NCBI RefSeq assembly: GCF_008831285.2
Contig: NC_045138.2
Coordinates: 12,152,001 to 12,216,000 of the forward strand
DNA length: 64,000 nt
Reading direction: 5' to 3'
Source: Nymphaea colorata
Taxonomy: Eukaryota
This document shows, in pieces, positions 1 through 14,767 of the stretch. Position 1 is the first letter of the stretch, and each line of letters starts with the position of its first letter. Made by a program: the position numbers and the translations under genes. The notes under the pieces were generated by a model. That model did not search any database. It was not told the origin of the DNA and worked only from the letters and a program-made list of their open reading frames with translations.

Positions 1-1756
1 AATCTCTAGTTCAACTCAAGTCGGCACTCTAAGATTGCTTCCTAGATGTCGTTGATTTTCATTTGAAATGTCTAAATCAGCAATGAGATCAATTTTTCTA
101 CCAAATGCTGAAAAATCTTAGTCAAAACTCAAATTTTTATTTCTCCAAAAGAGGAGTCCGTCATGCTAAGAGTCATCTAAGAAGATGGCAATTTCTGTGC
201 ATGAAACCTGAAATTTAAATTGGCCCCATGTTGAATTACAATATGTAAATCCAGCACAAATTAGGATATATTTTCAATATTTGTATTCCACTGGTCAATT
301 TAAAAACTTGACTTGTGATAAATTAAGTAAAATTTCAGCAATTTGATATCTTTTCTAAAGACCAACCTTTTTAGATCAATATTTCTCATTTTGTAGAAAT
401 TAAATTCGAATAAAATCTGATTTCATGACCATTTGGAGATGAAAAGGGATGCTACCCACGTCTCCCTTCATTTTGAAAAATTAAAAATTTTTTAATATCA
501 TTTTTATGTTTTATACCATTTTGAGAAATTTATCACATGTCACACACATAGATCCAATTCTTATAATTTAGAACCTCTAGGCATGTACTTCCTTCTTCTT
601 CTATTCTTTTTTTTTTCCTTTTTTTTCTTTTGACCTTTCTTGCATGTCTTGATTTTCTTTGATATTCCTCCTTTTTTTTCTTGTTTGAGCCATTTTCACT
701 TTTAGGTGAGCCACTTTTCACCTTTAATTGAAATACCTCACCACCCTAAAGGCTATTACAAGGCAACATAGCTTCTATTGGGAAATGCTTAGACTCATCC
801 CTCAATTATTTGATGATATTAACAAGAGGTGTATCTCATTATTTATCAGACCATACATAAGCAGATAAAGACAATGTCATTGGGTGTACAAAACCAATTT
901 CTATAAGAGGATGAACTGAGATTTTAAAGGTTGGGGATTATTTAACAGCTTGAGCCATGTAACTTAAAACAAAATTTTGACTGTTTGAATTTTCAATAAA
1001 TCCCTATTTTTAACTTGATTTTTGTTAGTACATATTTATAATGGAAAATAGTTTTGTTTTCACTAGAGGAAATAGCATTGATATATAATTTTGATATGGA
1101 ATTGAATCATTCAGAAGGTGAGATCAAGAACATTTCAAAAACTGGCCCTTGAATCCACTTAAACCTATTTTAGAATGAGATTTAAAAACAAGGCATTTTG
1201 ATATGTTTAAAAAGAAACCAAATGGCTAAAATCACTGGAATCCATTTCGAAAATGTTTTGCGCATAGGATTTAGCCAAATCACAAAATTTTCTATGGTTT
1301 CTTATCTTGTCCTAGACTAACTTTTTTCTAGAGTTGTCCGACAAGTCTTAAATGTTGCTAGTTCTTACTAAGTTTTTAAGAATTCCTCATATTTTGTTTT
1401 TTCAAAACAGGTAATTTGAAAAGTTCTACGGCTGGTGATGGGGAGTTTGGCTTTAGAGTTTGGGAAAATGTTTATATTAAAGGGCCTTTGGAGATCAGAG
1501 TTTATAGATATTTTGGGAAGTAACGGCTAAATAATTTCAAGCAAGTGATGTTAGGCTAGGAATAGATTGTCAGGTTGGAGCTGATGAACAAGAAAATATA
1601 AATAAAGAAAAGCAAAGAAAAAACAAAATGGCCCAATATGAAAAATCAAATGACATACGACTAGTCACCATTCTAACACATGTTATTATAGGGATGATGA
1701 TGCAGAGTTTTGTTGATCATAAATGTGGAACAAAGTGACAAAAAATTATGATTGAC

Positions 1757-3620
1757 TATGAATAGAAATTCTTAAGATGTAAGACATTAACTGGGCCTAT
1801 AATTACTTCATCATAATCAATGAGTCTGTATGAGTTATTGGGTGACACTACCTTGACAATGTAAGGACTTTCTCAATTAGGGTCTCGTTTCCCATTTGGA
1901 TGGTTCTTCAAAGGGATACGGGATCAAAGCACTAAGATGCTTAACGTGAAACTTCCTCACAATTACTGATTTGACATATTGTCAAACTATCAACTAAAGA
2001 TAAGCCTTTGCATGTTTTGCAGCTTGGAAATCTTTATTTGTAAAACATATCTAACTGGACCAGTCTTTATTGTTGACACTAATCCAAAGGTAGCACAATA
2101 AATCATGGTTCAATAAGCCCAAAGACTATCGTGTATCTTTTTATGCGAACCATGCCTTGTTTCCATAGTTCTATATATAATGTGGATGAGAATCTTATTG
2201 ATACTCTACTTGGTGATTGCTTTAGGGATAGTATGTCGTTGAGAAGCAGTGATTAATCTTGAACTTGTGACAAAAGCCTTTCATCTTATCATTTTTGAAG
2301 TGTGTAAGTGTTAGATGCTATGTCATGAAGGATCTCAAATTGGTAGAGAATGTTTTTGTATATGAAAAAACAACATGTTGGCCTTCCACTATCCTCAATG
2401 TGATGGCTTCAACCTATTTAGTAAAATACTTTTGTAGTGGCCAGAAAGTATTTGTAGCCATTATAAGTAGTTGCGGTGACCATTCCCACAACATCGAAGG
2501 TCCACATAGAAAAGGGCAAAGAAGAAACAATAGAATTCAAACAATCAATAAGGGTGTAAATTATAGGACTATGTAGTTGGCATTTGAAGCGTCACTTATT
2601 AAAGTGATTTTCTTAACTAGAGTTTGATATCTGACATCTCCTTTGTAAGTTATTTGTGGACCTCATTGATGGTTTCCAAAGCTTCATCTTCGTCTAAGCA
2701 TCAAACATATTATGAACTGAAATCTCGATAGTGTAAAATACTGGCTAAAATAAAATACATGGATGACATTTGCTAAATGACTTGCCTTTCTTTTCTAAGC
2801 ATGCCAGAGGGGAACTTGTTGGTTTTCACATAATCTTTTATATCTTGGTATAATGGCCCTTCTCATACTTCTAATTGGTGAACAAAGTGAATGGGCTCAT
2901 AAGCAAGCTGATGCAATTATCCGATCTTGAATCATGTATAGTGTTCATTCACCTTAAATGTCATGAATAACTAGGACAATCACATGATATGGAATAAGCT
3001 TTTCATCTCTCACCTGCCATTCTTGATTGACCTAGCTAACAACTACTTGGCAATCTTTAAAGGCATGTACCATTTTGACTTTGAACCCTTGAAGTGCCCT
3101 AAGGTCATAAATAAAGAGTTTCATAGTAAGTCAGGGGACCATCTCTTTTTTTGGGGTGACTAGTAGCACATCTATTATGCACTTTTCGCCATTGAAAAAT
3201 ATGGTTCACACTAGCTCTCGATGTATTTGCAGGATCCACTTATTGGGAAGTTCAAGGTCCACCTTGGCCTCTATTGCCAAAGTGAAGTAGGCCAGTTGAT
3301 CTACAACCATCCGTCCCTTAATGGGTTTTTGTGGCACATATTATATGTCAAATTGTATCAAAATTACTTGCCACTTTGCGATTCTGCTTGTGAGAAAATG
3401 TTGTTCCAATGAATATAGAGGATTCAACCATGATAGTAATTTAATAAATAGCCTCAACTTTTGACAAGCCTATACTAATGCCAAACAGGTCTTTTCCATG
3501 AGAGAATACTTCTTGTACTGCATAAAAATCTTTCTAATATCATAAATGGCATATTCAATTTTACATTGTCCCTGAGCCTACTAGAACCCTAATGATCTAC
3601 CAGAAGGATAGTTTTTACTC
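1757..3620 (-). mobile_element. Decayed Ty3/Gypsy (Tat/Ogre-type) pol 3' half: RNase H, additional RNase H, integrase
   Basis: Manual minus-strand translation with stops/frameshifts gives YSLMEKTCLALV (RNase H), GRMVVDQLA, HAFKDCQVVVS*VNQEWQVRD (additional RNase H-like, typical of Tat) and the integrase C-terminus ESPYIVKVV...VNVLHLKNFYS*. Boundaries approximate. Confidence 0.7.
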
Positions 3621-4759
3621 AATTCAAAACCATGTCGCATCTAATATCTCCTGATCCACAGAGATCATGACTTGGCATATCATAGAGGAAGAAAAAGCAC
3701 AACGTATCAATTTGTTGGACACCTTCCTGCATTTTGGGGAATTTATAGACATGGACAAATTCTTGAAGAAGGCCATCAAATGGTTGCATCTCCCTATGGT
3801 TCTATGCATATTTGGCTTGATAGTTTCACAAATGGGAGGTAGTATATGTACCTTAGGATTTTCTAACTATACAGGAGATGAGGTATTTGATATACTTGAA
3901 GGACCTCAGTGTCCATACGTATTTGATATATTGAAGGATCTCAGTGTCCATACCAGAGGCTTGACTCAATTAACCACACTAGAGAATCGTCTATGGTTGA
4001 GGGTCACACATATGTCTCCAATGTTGGTCCTTTCATCACATTATCCTCCCAATAGCTTTTGAGATCTCGAGATCTGTCTCCTTCATTTCAGTACAATTGT
4101 CTCAAATTTCAAGATTTGCATGAAGAGCAGATTTTTAAGGACATCTTTGATAGATTTCTAAAAAGGCCTCAACATACCTATCCTTGCAAGGAAACATTTT
4201 CACTATTAGGCCCCTTCTTCAATATTGAGTACCATCTAGAGAGATGTATTCACTCATAATGTTAGCATCAAATTCATGACCATGTATCTATGGGAGTCAT
4301 ATAGGAGTGTAATCTTGGGGATGCTTATTGATCTAGGATATATACTATAATTCATTATAGCTGCCCTCTTTTATTGAGTTGCCTGTATTTGTTGGGTCTA
4401 GAGTTAGTCATAATTATGATGTCTGGTGGAAAAACTATCCACCGACCTCTTCTTTTTATTGATTGTTTATATTGCATTGTACTTTTTAGCAAAATGCAAT
4501 ACTTTTAAATTTGTTTGTAAATAAAATCTCACTTGTCATTTTTATACTTAATTTGTCTCTAATCTCGATTATTTGCTCTATCCTGATATGATGCATCTTC
4601 CCTCTTGAGTTATTGTAATCTTTCTTGAGATTTCCTTTCCAGTTCACAAGTTGCATTTGACATTTAGCAATGAACCACAAATTAAACTTCAATAGCTGAT
4701 ATGGTAGAGATGAGAATATGCATAGAGAGAATAATAAATGAAACAATGACAAAAATAAT

Positions 4760-6060
4760 AGATGCCTTCAGAATGGGGAAGAGGTGTGCCATGAAAATGT
4801 TGATGTGATTGATTCTTAGTGTTCAACATGTTCAAAAAGATGTTCATAAAATTATGCATGAATGAGGAAACTCAAGGCAACCTAATGAAGTTGGTGGCCC
4901 CTTTTCATTGAACCTCCTAAAAGTCATGCAATAGGACATCCATGATTGACTTCACAAATGAATTAATCAGATCATGTGAAACTACATATAGGGGAGATGA
5001 AATGAAAAATTGGGGTAGTTCAACCCAAAGTTGGGAAGAAGAATAAGTATGAAAGTGAAAATTCAATGATTATTGGATAATGACAAAGATTTACCTCAAC
5101 AATTCATCAAATTTGACAAATAAGGTAACCTTAAGGCACATATAGCCATGTTCTTTATTGAATGTCATCGCTTTAGGAAGAACAACCAAGCCTTATTCTG
5201 CTATTTTCCATGAAACTTTGAAGGGAATGCTCCTCATTAGAATGTAGAGGCCATCAATCTCGTCGAATTACATAAGTTTGATGATGCAGTTAATTTGTTC
5301 ATTGAAAGGTTCACTTACAATCATGAATCAATGCCTACATTGAATTTCCCTTACAATATCCATCAAAGGCTAGAGGAAAGTGCCCGAAAGTTCATTTGAA
5401 AGTGGAAAGCTACATGTAATAGATTGATGACCAACATATCAGAAATGTGTGCCCTGATTATTAACACCAAATAAGTCAACACCCTGTTAAGTAGTTCATG
5501 GAACTTACAAAGCATGCAAAATGGATTGGAGACAACATGGAAAGATTGGATGAAACTATTGAGATGAAGAGTTGAGAGGAAACTAAGAAGTATGAGAGGA
5601 ATCCACTCCATACCATCCTTGCAGTAAAATCGGATATGGGTTAGAGAACCAAGAGCAACTGTGACAAGACAGCTAGTCAACAAGATACTAAGTTGTCTTC
5701 CCATTGTTTTCTGTTAAGGAGCAAGCTACATTAGGAAGGCACCACAAGTGGAGTTAATACTGCAAGTTCACTCCCCTAAATTAGTATGAAGAAGAAATTT
5801 TGGAATGCTTGCTAGCCAAGGGTTACTAAAACACCCAAAGAACGTGAACCCTAATGAGGTGAAAGGTCCACAAAAATACCTAGATTGTAAATTTCATTTG
5901 GCCTATGGACATGACACCAAAGCATGGTTTGTGCTAATGAACATTATACAAGATTATATTGATGAGGAACTGTCAAACTAGAGTGAGGGGAAGGCTAAGA
6001 TTCTTGCTAATCTCTTTTCCGGGCATGATAAAGCTTCCACCAATGTGGTTTTGAGTTGTT
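4760..6060 (+). mobile_element. Decayed retrotransposon gag-like fragment in opposite orientation, interrupting the Tat pol
   Basis: Stop-ridden plus-strand text such as GNLKAHIAMFFIECHRFRKNNQALFCYFP resembles retrotransposon Gag. It lies between the RT (>6200) and RNase H (<3620) parts of the minus-strand element. Confidence 0.45.
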
Positions 6061-6199
6061 CATATTGAGCTAAAATCCCCTGCATGCAGTTCTGTTCATC
6101 GGTCTTCGTAGAACTAGCAATTGTAGGATATGCAGATGAAGGAGGTAACTTTTTTATCCAGTCAAAAAATTGTTGACAAAAATCAAAATGTTCATTTTT

Positions 6200-8760
6200 T
6201 TCTAAAGAGTTGATTGACAGGCTTGCACCTCATAGCTAAATTGGATTCAAACCTCCATATAACCTAAGTCTACCCTTGAAAACTCCAGAGTTTTTTATAT
6301 TAGTCAAGGAAGACATGTCAATGGTATCCTTAAATCTGCATGGGTTCGTCTCCATGCTTTCCTGGCTCACCTTGAAATGTAACAATTTGCACAATTCCAC
6401 TCCTAATGCATACTTTAGTAGGTTGAGACAAAGCTTATAGATAAAGAGTCTCTTAAACACTTTAGATAACACCTCCACATGTTCCTCTGTTGTTTTGAAT
6501 TTTACCATAATATCATCTACATATGCCTCTATGAACTAATGCATTTGGTCATGATAAATTTTTGTCATGGTCCATTGATAAGTTTGTTCTTGCATTCTTC
6601 AAATTGAAAGGCATACATATATAACAAACAGTCCCTCAAGGCATGGTCAAAGATGTTTTGGGCTCATCCTTTGCTGCTAGCTTAATTTCAAAATATTCAT
6701 TCATGAAAGAAAATATGGCATATTCAAAGTGTTGTCAACCAACATATCAATATTGGGTAGAAGAAAATCATCCTTTGAAGTAGTCATATTCAGGTCTCTG
6801 AAGTCTATGTAAATATGCACTTTCTCATTTTTTTAGGTACAATGACAATATCTGCCAACCATTTAGGATTATCAATAGGTAAGATAAGCCTAGCGTTTAA
6901 AAACTATTCCAATCCTTCTTTCACATTTCCTCTATTTGTGGGTTCAATTTCTAGAGTTTATGCTTGACATTTTGCAGTCTAATTTTAAATCGGGTGTGTT
7001 CTACCAACTTTGGATTAAGGTCATGCATGTCATCATAGGTCCATGTGAACCCTTCTTCATGTAGCTTAAGAACTACACTAGTCTTTCTTCTTCTATTGGT
7101 GTTAGGTTTGCCCCAATCTATATCAATTTTGGATTTTTCGTAGTCCCAAACTTGACTTCTTTGATGGGGTCATTTACTAGAGTTTTGACTCTATTTTTTT
7201 GTGCTCAAGAAAATCCCAAAATTTTTTTAATAATGGAATCAAATTGGACAATGGCTTCCAATGAAGTCATTGCATTCTTGTTCATGTAAGGTTGTACTTC
7301 ACCCTTTTTAAATATTATAAATTCAGACGATATGGGATCTTTGTTCTTTTCAGCCAAGTAAGTTTTGGTAGAGTCCTTTTATTGATCCTCTTGGGAGCCA
7401 TTCACACCTATTTGAGTTAGAAAATAAGGCATGCACCAAAGTTGAGAGCCAAAATGAAGTGGAGAAAAATGGCTCAAATTAAGCTAAAAAGTGGACTTTA
7501 TTCATAACCCAGATGGACGAAAGATCCAAGGGTTCCTTACATCTTGACAAAAGTCCTAGAGAGGACAAAAGAAAAACAAAAAAAAGATAAAAACTAGAAC
7601 AAAGCAGAAGGAAACAAGTTGCTGGTTGTCATCCAGCTAGCAGCCCAAGGAGGGGACTATAGTATGTTTTTTCAGTGTCATCATGCTAGCCATTATATCC
7701 CAGACTGACTTGACCTAATGTGGTTGTGTAATAATGAGCTCTAGACTAGCTTTTCTTGTCTTTTCTAGTCCTTGAAATAGTTGATATTGAGATTTGACTA
7801 AACAATCAAATCCCTTCTTGTTTTAGATAAACTTTTGATATAAAGGGTGCTTGTGATCATCAATTCTTCCCTCAATCTTGAAAAATACTGGTCTATTTCA
7901 TTGCAAGGTGTGCACATGTTACACGATCTGGATAGGTTCCTTCATTTTTGTGAGTTTTAAGTTTTCGATCAAGGAGATGCCATTTTGTTGTGAAATGCTA
8001 CGAATGTCCACAATCCATGAAGGGCTAGGGATCATCAGTTGAGCTAGGTTTTCTTATGAATCTTCATGTAGCACTATGGTAATTACCTTTTCCTAACTCC
8101 CTTTAATAAGTTAATGGAGTGCGGATGGGATTGCATTTGCTTTGTATAGCCAAGGTCTTCGAAGCAGTAGGTTATAGGATGGAGGGACATTCACCACATA
8201 AAAAGGTGCTTTATGAATAGAATAATTGATTGCAGACGCCAAAAAAAAATCATGCCTCGTGTTGTCTATCGATGGTTATCAAAGCCATAGATGGTGAGTG
8301 CATCTAACTGACATCTTCAAATTTGATTCAAAATGCCTTATTTGTTATTTATGAACAAATATTTGGGCTGCTACAACCATCAATGAGAATATGGCGTACC
8401 ACCATCCCCTGCATTCTGAAAACTATGTAAAGAGCCTTGTTATGAAAGACATGAGGGTGTGGCAAATCATTATCAGAGAAAATAATTGATGCATTTGAAA
8501 GGACTGAATTGATCACCACCTGTGAAAAAGAACATGGAGTTCCATTTGCATTTTCACAATAATTTTTCTTCACCAACTCATCCAATACCTTTCGATGAGC
8601 TAAAGATGCCTTAACAAGCTTTGTAACACGCCTCAATGCAAACTATCAAGGAAGTATCATGGCTTCTCTTTTCTCCTTTACTTGATGACTCGGGATGATT
8701 CAACCTGTCCCATTCTTCCCTTTTAAAGAGAACTGCAATATTATCCTAGGGAGTGGGAGC
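6200..8760 (-). mobile_element. Decayed Ty3/Gypsy (Tat/Ogre-type) protease and reverse transcriptase
   Basis: ORF 8349-8636 (KALYIVFRMQGMVVRHILIDGCSSPNIC) is retropepsin-like. ORF 6236-6508 (EEHVEVLSKVFKRLFIYKLCLN) follows a YVDDIMVK-like RT motif. PR-RT-RH-INT order is Gypsy. Confidence 0.7.
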
Positions 8761-10489
8761 TACTAGCTCGTCATTTGTTATCTAATTAGCTTTTTTTTTT
8801 GCCAATACAACAAAGATGTTTTTAAAATACCAAATTGAACAACTCAACTCAAAGGAATGGTGGAAGTGACCAACTTTTTATCAATGACCTAATGAAAGAT
8901 ACGATCCAAAGCCATATGTCACAATAGAGAAGACACTAAATCAGATAAGAGGAAGACTCAATAAGTTGGTGACCAGGAATGAAGAACTCATAATAGGTAC
9001 TAGCCTAGTAGGGTCGAGCATGGGACATAGGCTTGTCAAATGGAACGTGAGGGGGTTAAAGACCCACACTAAAAGGACTATCTATGTGCTTTTAGAAAAC
9101 GGGTAAACTTTTGAAGTCATCTTTTTTTTATTATTGTTGAATGAGGGTTGGAAAACTAAATAACACTCACATATAATAAACACCAAATAAAATGTTCAAT
9201 GCAGCACTTCCTAAAAGTTGACTTTATCATGCATCAAATTTTGGAAATAGTTTTAGGAACCTAAGCAAAACTCATGGCTTCAAATCCAATCACCCCAGAT
9301 TTGCAAGGCATGCCATATACTCAAACAAAAGTTTGTTGTACAAGCATTGTCTCCTCTAGGGGTTGCTAGGGATAAGGGTTCTTCTGTCTCCTTGAACACT
9401 TGCCAACGTACCTGATTAGATTAGATAGCCCATTGGTACTGATATGTGGTTCTATTCATCCCAAATATGTAGTCCAACAGTGAGGCTTACCCTGATACTT
9501 GTGTCAATGTGTAAACCCCACACTAGGATGGCTGGAACAAATAGTTGGAGATAATCTTAAAATATGAATGCAAACAAAACAAGTAGACTCTAATGCAATG
9601 CCATCTAAGATGGAGATTGGAAGCAAAATATGAACACCTATATGCATTGCTTATAAACAATACCTAATGTGTAATCTTGAGATCTATGTGAATATCGAAA
9701 AATCCTCTTTAATTAGTCCTAATCATGCTAGCACCATATAAGGTCAAACAATAAGTGATCTGTCGTGTTTCATCTAAGGTCCCTAAGTTTAGGATACAAG
9801 AACCCAATCATTAGAATACTTAAAAGAATCTAAATAGAAAGAGGCACGAGTTGCTCAATCAAAGACAAGTCCTGCATAATCTTTAAATGGTAGTCATCCA
9901 AAATTTGAATATCCTATCTAGGCAATGAATCTCTAAACATCCTAACCCCTTTCCTGCAATGAGGAACACCTTAGATGCATGAATGTGGTCTTTGAGAAAG
10001 AGATATCCTAGAAGAAATGACTTGCTTGCCTCCATTTTTTTGAAAATGTAGGACCAAGGGAGATTAGACTTGTCTATCGATAAGAGGTCCGAACATTCTT
10101 AGAACATTTGCCAAGGGTAATCAGACCAACCATTAGGTTGTGTCTCTCATCATCTAGGATCCTATAAGCATTCAAAGGCAAACAATTGAACGGAGACGCA
10201 ATTTTGAAGAAGCCAACTTAACATTAAAAAATATATATATAAAAGTTTTTAATCCTTGAAAAACCTTTTGAAATACCTCTAACTGCATCTTGAGGAATAC
10301 AAGGACCACATATTCATCCCACGTTTAGAATTAGTGACCCATTCAACGATCTGGATATTCATCAACCAATTTTCTGAAAGAAGGTGGTATGCGTTCCAAC
10401 ATTAGCGTTAACCAAGGGTGGGAGTGTGTTCCATAAACCTATGTGATGCGTGAGTGAGATCTAACTAACAAAGGGGATTAGATATATAT

Positions 10490-10930
10490 TTGGGATGAAG
10501 ATTTTGTCTGACTAGGTTAGTTTTGAGTTCACGTTTTGGATATGGTCCAATCTAGGAAGTTGTATATAAATTTTTTGATTGAAGGGTCTAATATGATCCA
10601 TCAAACAGATTGAATTTGATCCCAGGTTTGGATCAAAGGATTGATTTGATCCAAACTCAGGTTTTGGTTTTGGATTTGGTATCAAGGGTCAATCTTGTCA
10701 AGTTTAGATGTTGGATTTTGCATTTTGAGGATTTGGATATAGGGTCTAATCTGGTTTGGTTTAAATGTTGGATTTAGGGTTTGGGTCTGAGGACCTACTA
10801 TCTGATATAGTTTAGTTATTGGATTTAGGATCTTGGATCTAAGGATCTGGATCAGAGGTTTGATATGCTCAGGTTTAGTTGTTGGATTTAGGGTTTTATG
10901 ATATGAACAACACAATTTTGAGCTATCGAA
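10490..10930. repeat. Degenerate G/T-rich short-unit repeat (GGATTT/GGGTCTAATCTG/TTTAGGGTTT motifs), probably retroelement non-coding sequence
   Basis: Recurrent GGATTTAGGGTTT, GGATCT and GGGTCTAAT motifs with strong G-over-C strand skew. Confidence 0.45.
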
Positions 10931-11639
10931 CTTGTTTGGATGAAATTAATGTTTTTTTCAAATTTATTTGGAAAAGAGAGGAAAAGAAAAAAGTTATAAA
11001 ATTGACTATTAGGTTTGTGGATTGAATAGAACATGCTTAAGCTAAATAGCAAGAGCATAATCTCTATATGGTACCACCAACTCTTCGAGTGAAATATAAA
11101 AGAGAAAACAAACCTTTTTAAAGGTTTGAATAAAATCATCTCTCTGTCCCAATAGGACAAAGTTTATGAGGAAATCTTTGATATTCAAGGTTATATTGGT
11201 TTTTATAAAAGGATTAACTTAAAATTTGCATATTAGAACATATATTTTTTAAAGCCTTCGAAGGAAATGTTAACATCTTGGGTTTTTTGGAGAACCCAAG
11301 TTTAAGAACTTAGTAGCACAGAGATGGTTTTAAAATTCTTCAAAACTCAATGAGTTGATTTTTGTCACCATCTAAAAAAAAAACCTCCAACTCGAGCATG
11401 CCTTTCTAAGCCATTTGACCAAGAGAAAATGTATCTAGCTTGCTGTTGTTGAAATCCATGAAAAGGGCTTTTAGAGATTAATATGGTTTTAAAAACATTT
11501 CAAAATGTTGTGGGAATGTTTTAAAGTGTTGAGGGAGATTTTTCAAAATAGAACCATGCTTTAAGTAGGTTTGAGATTAAAATTGTGAAAGGATGGGGGA
11601 ACACTCAAGATCGAGTAATCTACCTCAAACAAGACTATC

Positions 11640-13560
11640 AATCGTTTGATCATACAAAAATGTACCACCAAATATGTAGTTGTATGCGTGGTGGTTCTTG
11701 CCCACAAACTGTGTAAAAGGCCACTAGAGTGTTCATCTTCACCATGGTGTCAAAGATCAAAACATCATTGAAGCACTGTTAGTTTATTCCTATGAAGCAT
11801 ATACCCAAAACATCAATGCAGCTGTATGTCTCGCCTAGAGAAATATTGGCATTAGATACTATTTCTCCAATTGTGGCATAAGCCTTCGTTACCTTTCGAT
11901 GTGACTTCAACATGCGAGCAATAACAAGAAAAGTCATGTGGTGGTGTGTTCAGTATAAATATTTTATAAAAAAATATTCTGCACGAATCTATTATAGCAT
12001 CACTTCTCATCTTGAAGTCCCTCTTTAAATTATACTGACCTTCTTCTCCTTCAACCATCCCTCTTGCGAGTGCACATAAGTCCTTATAAGGATTCCCATT
12101 CGATCTTTATCATGACTACCCTTTTGACACAACCCATAGCATAATGTGTAATTATTTGTAGAAGTTGAATACATCCTCTTCATCATTAAACTCCATTCAT
12201 TCATGTTGACCATCCATACATACAACAGAACAAACCTCTGTACTTTGATCATTGATGGCTGAATCTATTGAAGCATTTTTCTTTACTTTATGTGCATCCT
12301 TCCTATGTTTGAGAATCGATGCATTCACATAACCATCACCCATTGTATCATAAAAGTTGTTTGCAATTTGCATTTGCTTTACATCAAAAACAAATTGGTG
12401 CATGTCTAATATTTCCTCGGTCATGTCATGATCAACATATATAGTTGCATTGTCAATCTATAGTTGTGACAATTTTACATCTAATGCTGATAGAGTAGCA
12501 TTGGTTGCAATCAATGCGTGACATCTACCATTTATCAATTTCTTGACCTACAATGGATATACCAATGCACATAACTTCAGTTTATTCAATTCAGATGTCA
12601 AGTATAGTTTTATTTCAGACCAAGAGTAAGCGACCTAAACACTTCAACAAACCATGTGATTATGCCTACAAATCGACCATGACACCTATCAGGCTGTCAT
12701 GAAGGCATGAACAAACTGTATGATTCTACCAACAGAGGATGACACCTAACATACTGACATTAAGCCATGCACAAACCGTGCCATTCTCTCCATCAAATGG
12801 CCACAAGTAGTCGTCACACTGGTATATATCATGTTCCGATACCTGCATTGACTTTGTTATCAATCTATATATCAGGAGAATCGACTCATATCTCATTAGT
12901 ATCATGTTAAGAATTTTCAACCATGATGTCTCCCCGTTAGACAGCCATCAGCGGTAATGACACTGGTGTCATTCTAGGCTACATGCTTAGTTTGGTAATC
13001 CATTCATTCATCATGTGAATGGGTCTAATGCCTTATTGACATCATGTGAGTGGGTTTAATGCCTTAATGACATCATATTTGGAGCTATGTCGGTTTCATA
13101 TATTATCGGCTAACTTTTGTAAAAGATCATTTGCGTTGTTTTCAAAGAAAGGAGAATGTCAATTAAAGTATAGTTTTCCTTTCATCTTTGCTCGTTGATG
13201 TTGCCCTGCTTTGTCAACCTTCAAGCTTTATTGTGACTTCTTCTACATCATGCAACAATATCCTTGCTTCTTACCTGCTACGGCAAATGATAAAGTCTAC
13301 ATGTTTCATGGAGGTTTCTGAAGCATGTTCCCACGAAGGAGAGAGCAACATGTTCTCTTACTAAGTTTCGATTAAGGATAGAAGAGAACGTTTCCGTCTG
13401 AGGGAGAGCATGCCATTCCCTTGCATAAAGTCATTCTTGACACGACATGATTGAATATTCATGAAAATTGATAAACTGTTATGGACCATGACAAAATGAC
13501 ATTTAAGGAACCGAACAAAATGTTATGTCAATGATAAAATGACGTTCCGAGAATTTAACC
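11640..13560 (-). mobile_element. FAR1/MULE (Mutator-like) transposase-related relic
   Basis: Minus strand about 12020-12200 reads MEFNDEEDVFNFYK..NYTLCYGLCQKG...IRTYVHSQEG across a frameshift, matching the FAR1 DNA-binding domain pattern (MEF..EE.A..FY..YA...GF..RK...FVCS.EG). Many stops; ends not defined. Confidence 0.5.
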
Positions 13561-14686
13561 GATGAACCATGTCAACACCGAACATGAAACTCAACGAGTG
13601 ATTGAGTCGAGCATTGACAAAGCTATCCACAAAAGACACAAAATATACATCTCCAAAGGGTGGATGTCTCCCATGAGAGAAAATTTTTGGCTTTATACTA
13701 ACCAAACGAGCCCTTTACTGGATTATAAAGTACAGCTCTTCAAGAGATTTGCTCAACCACTCGCTCCGTTCAATTTCCCACCCTATTCTAGGCGCCCTCT
13801 ATGAGGAGCTCTTTTGAATCAGCAAAATATGCAGGATGGGTTTGGGTTTGGAGAGGATTTAATGCTCTTATATGGTAAAAAGCCACCATTAAATGGTCTA
13901 GATCAGGCAGGATATTGGTCGGATTTGCTCCATGGCAACAAATCACCTTTGATTTCTTTTTCTTTAAGCTCTAAATCCAGTGAAACTCATAGGGTGACTT
14001 GCTAACACAAAACAACACAAACACAAATTTTAAACCATGAAAGAATGACAAAGGCATGAATTGATATGTACAATATAATGTATTTCATAAATTTATTAAA
14101 TTGGTTTAAAATTTTCATTGCGCATCCATAGTACATACACTGCATTCAACAATGTCAAAAGCTGACGTTGGGCATGTTGCACAAGCCCATCTTCTCAGAT
14201 TTATTTGGACTTTCTTTTAGTGGACTTCTCTCAAAGTAAAACGGGTTATGTATATTTTATTGGTGTACAAAAATTTCATGCATCATATTAATGACAAAAA
14301 TGTTCTTAATTAGTAAAAAAGATATTTTTTGTAAAAGAAAATTTAAAAATAAAAAAAATAAATTTTTTTTTTTAAAGTAATTTCTAAAATATTCCAACTA
14401 CCTAACGTATATGTGTTACGTATGTGTTTCGTGCACCGAGCGCCACACGCAACTCTTGCTTCCCTCAAACCGCTCACAAACCGCTCACAGGTTGAAACGT
14501 TCCAAAGAGGGACAGAGAGTCAATCTGCTTTCGCTTCGTCGAGAGACTCCCTGCTGCCGAGTCTCGGACCAAAGTGGGAAGCGGCTTGTCCCAAACCTCA
14601 TAGGCGAACCTTAGGCCCACTTTCCCGTCAAAGCCTCTCTCCCTTTCTCTCTATCTGGAACTCCCTGCAGTACCAGCGGGGAGGCA

Positions 14687-14767
14687 ATGGCTTTACCGGT
14701 TGCAGGGGTCATTTTGCCGATTGGGCTCATTTTCTTGTTCTCCGGCCTCATAGTGAACGTCATTCAG
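14687..14767 (+). CDS. LPAT2: LPAT exon 1 ([27 protein letters not shown])
   Basis: ATG in GCAATGG context; donor CAG|GTACTT. Confidence 0.92.

Noticed and set aside
10490..10930. Possible interstitial telomere
   Set aside because: Only isolated TTTAGGG units, no tandem run
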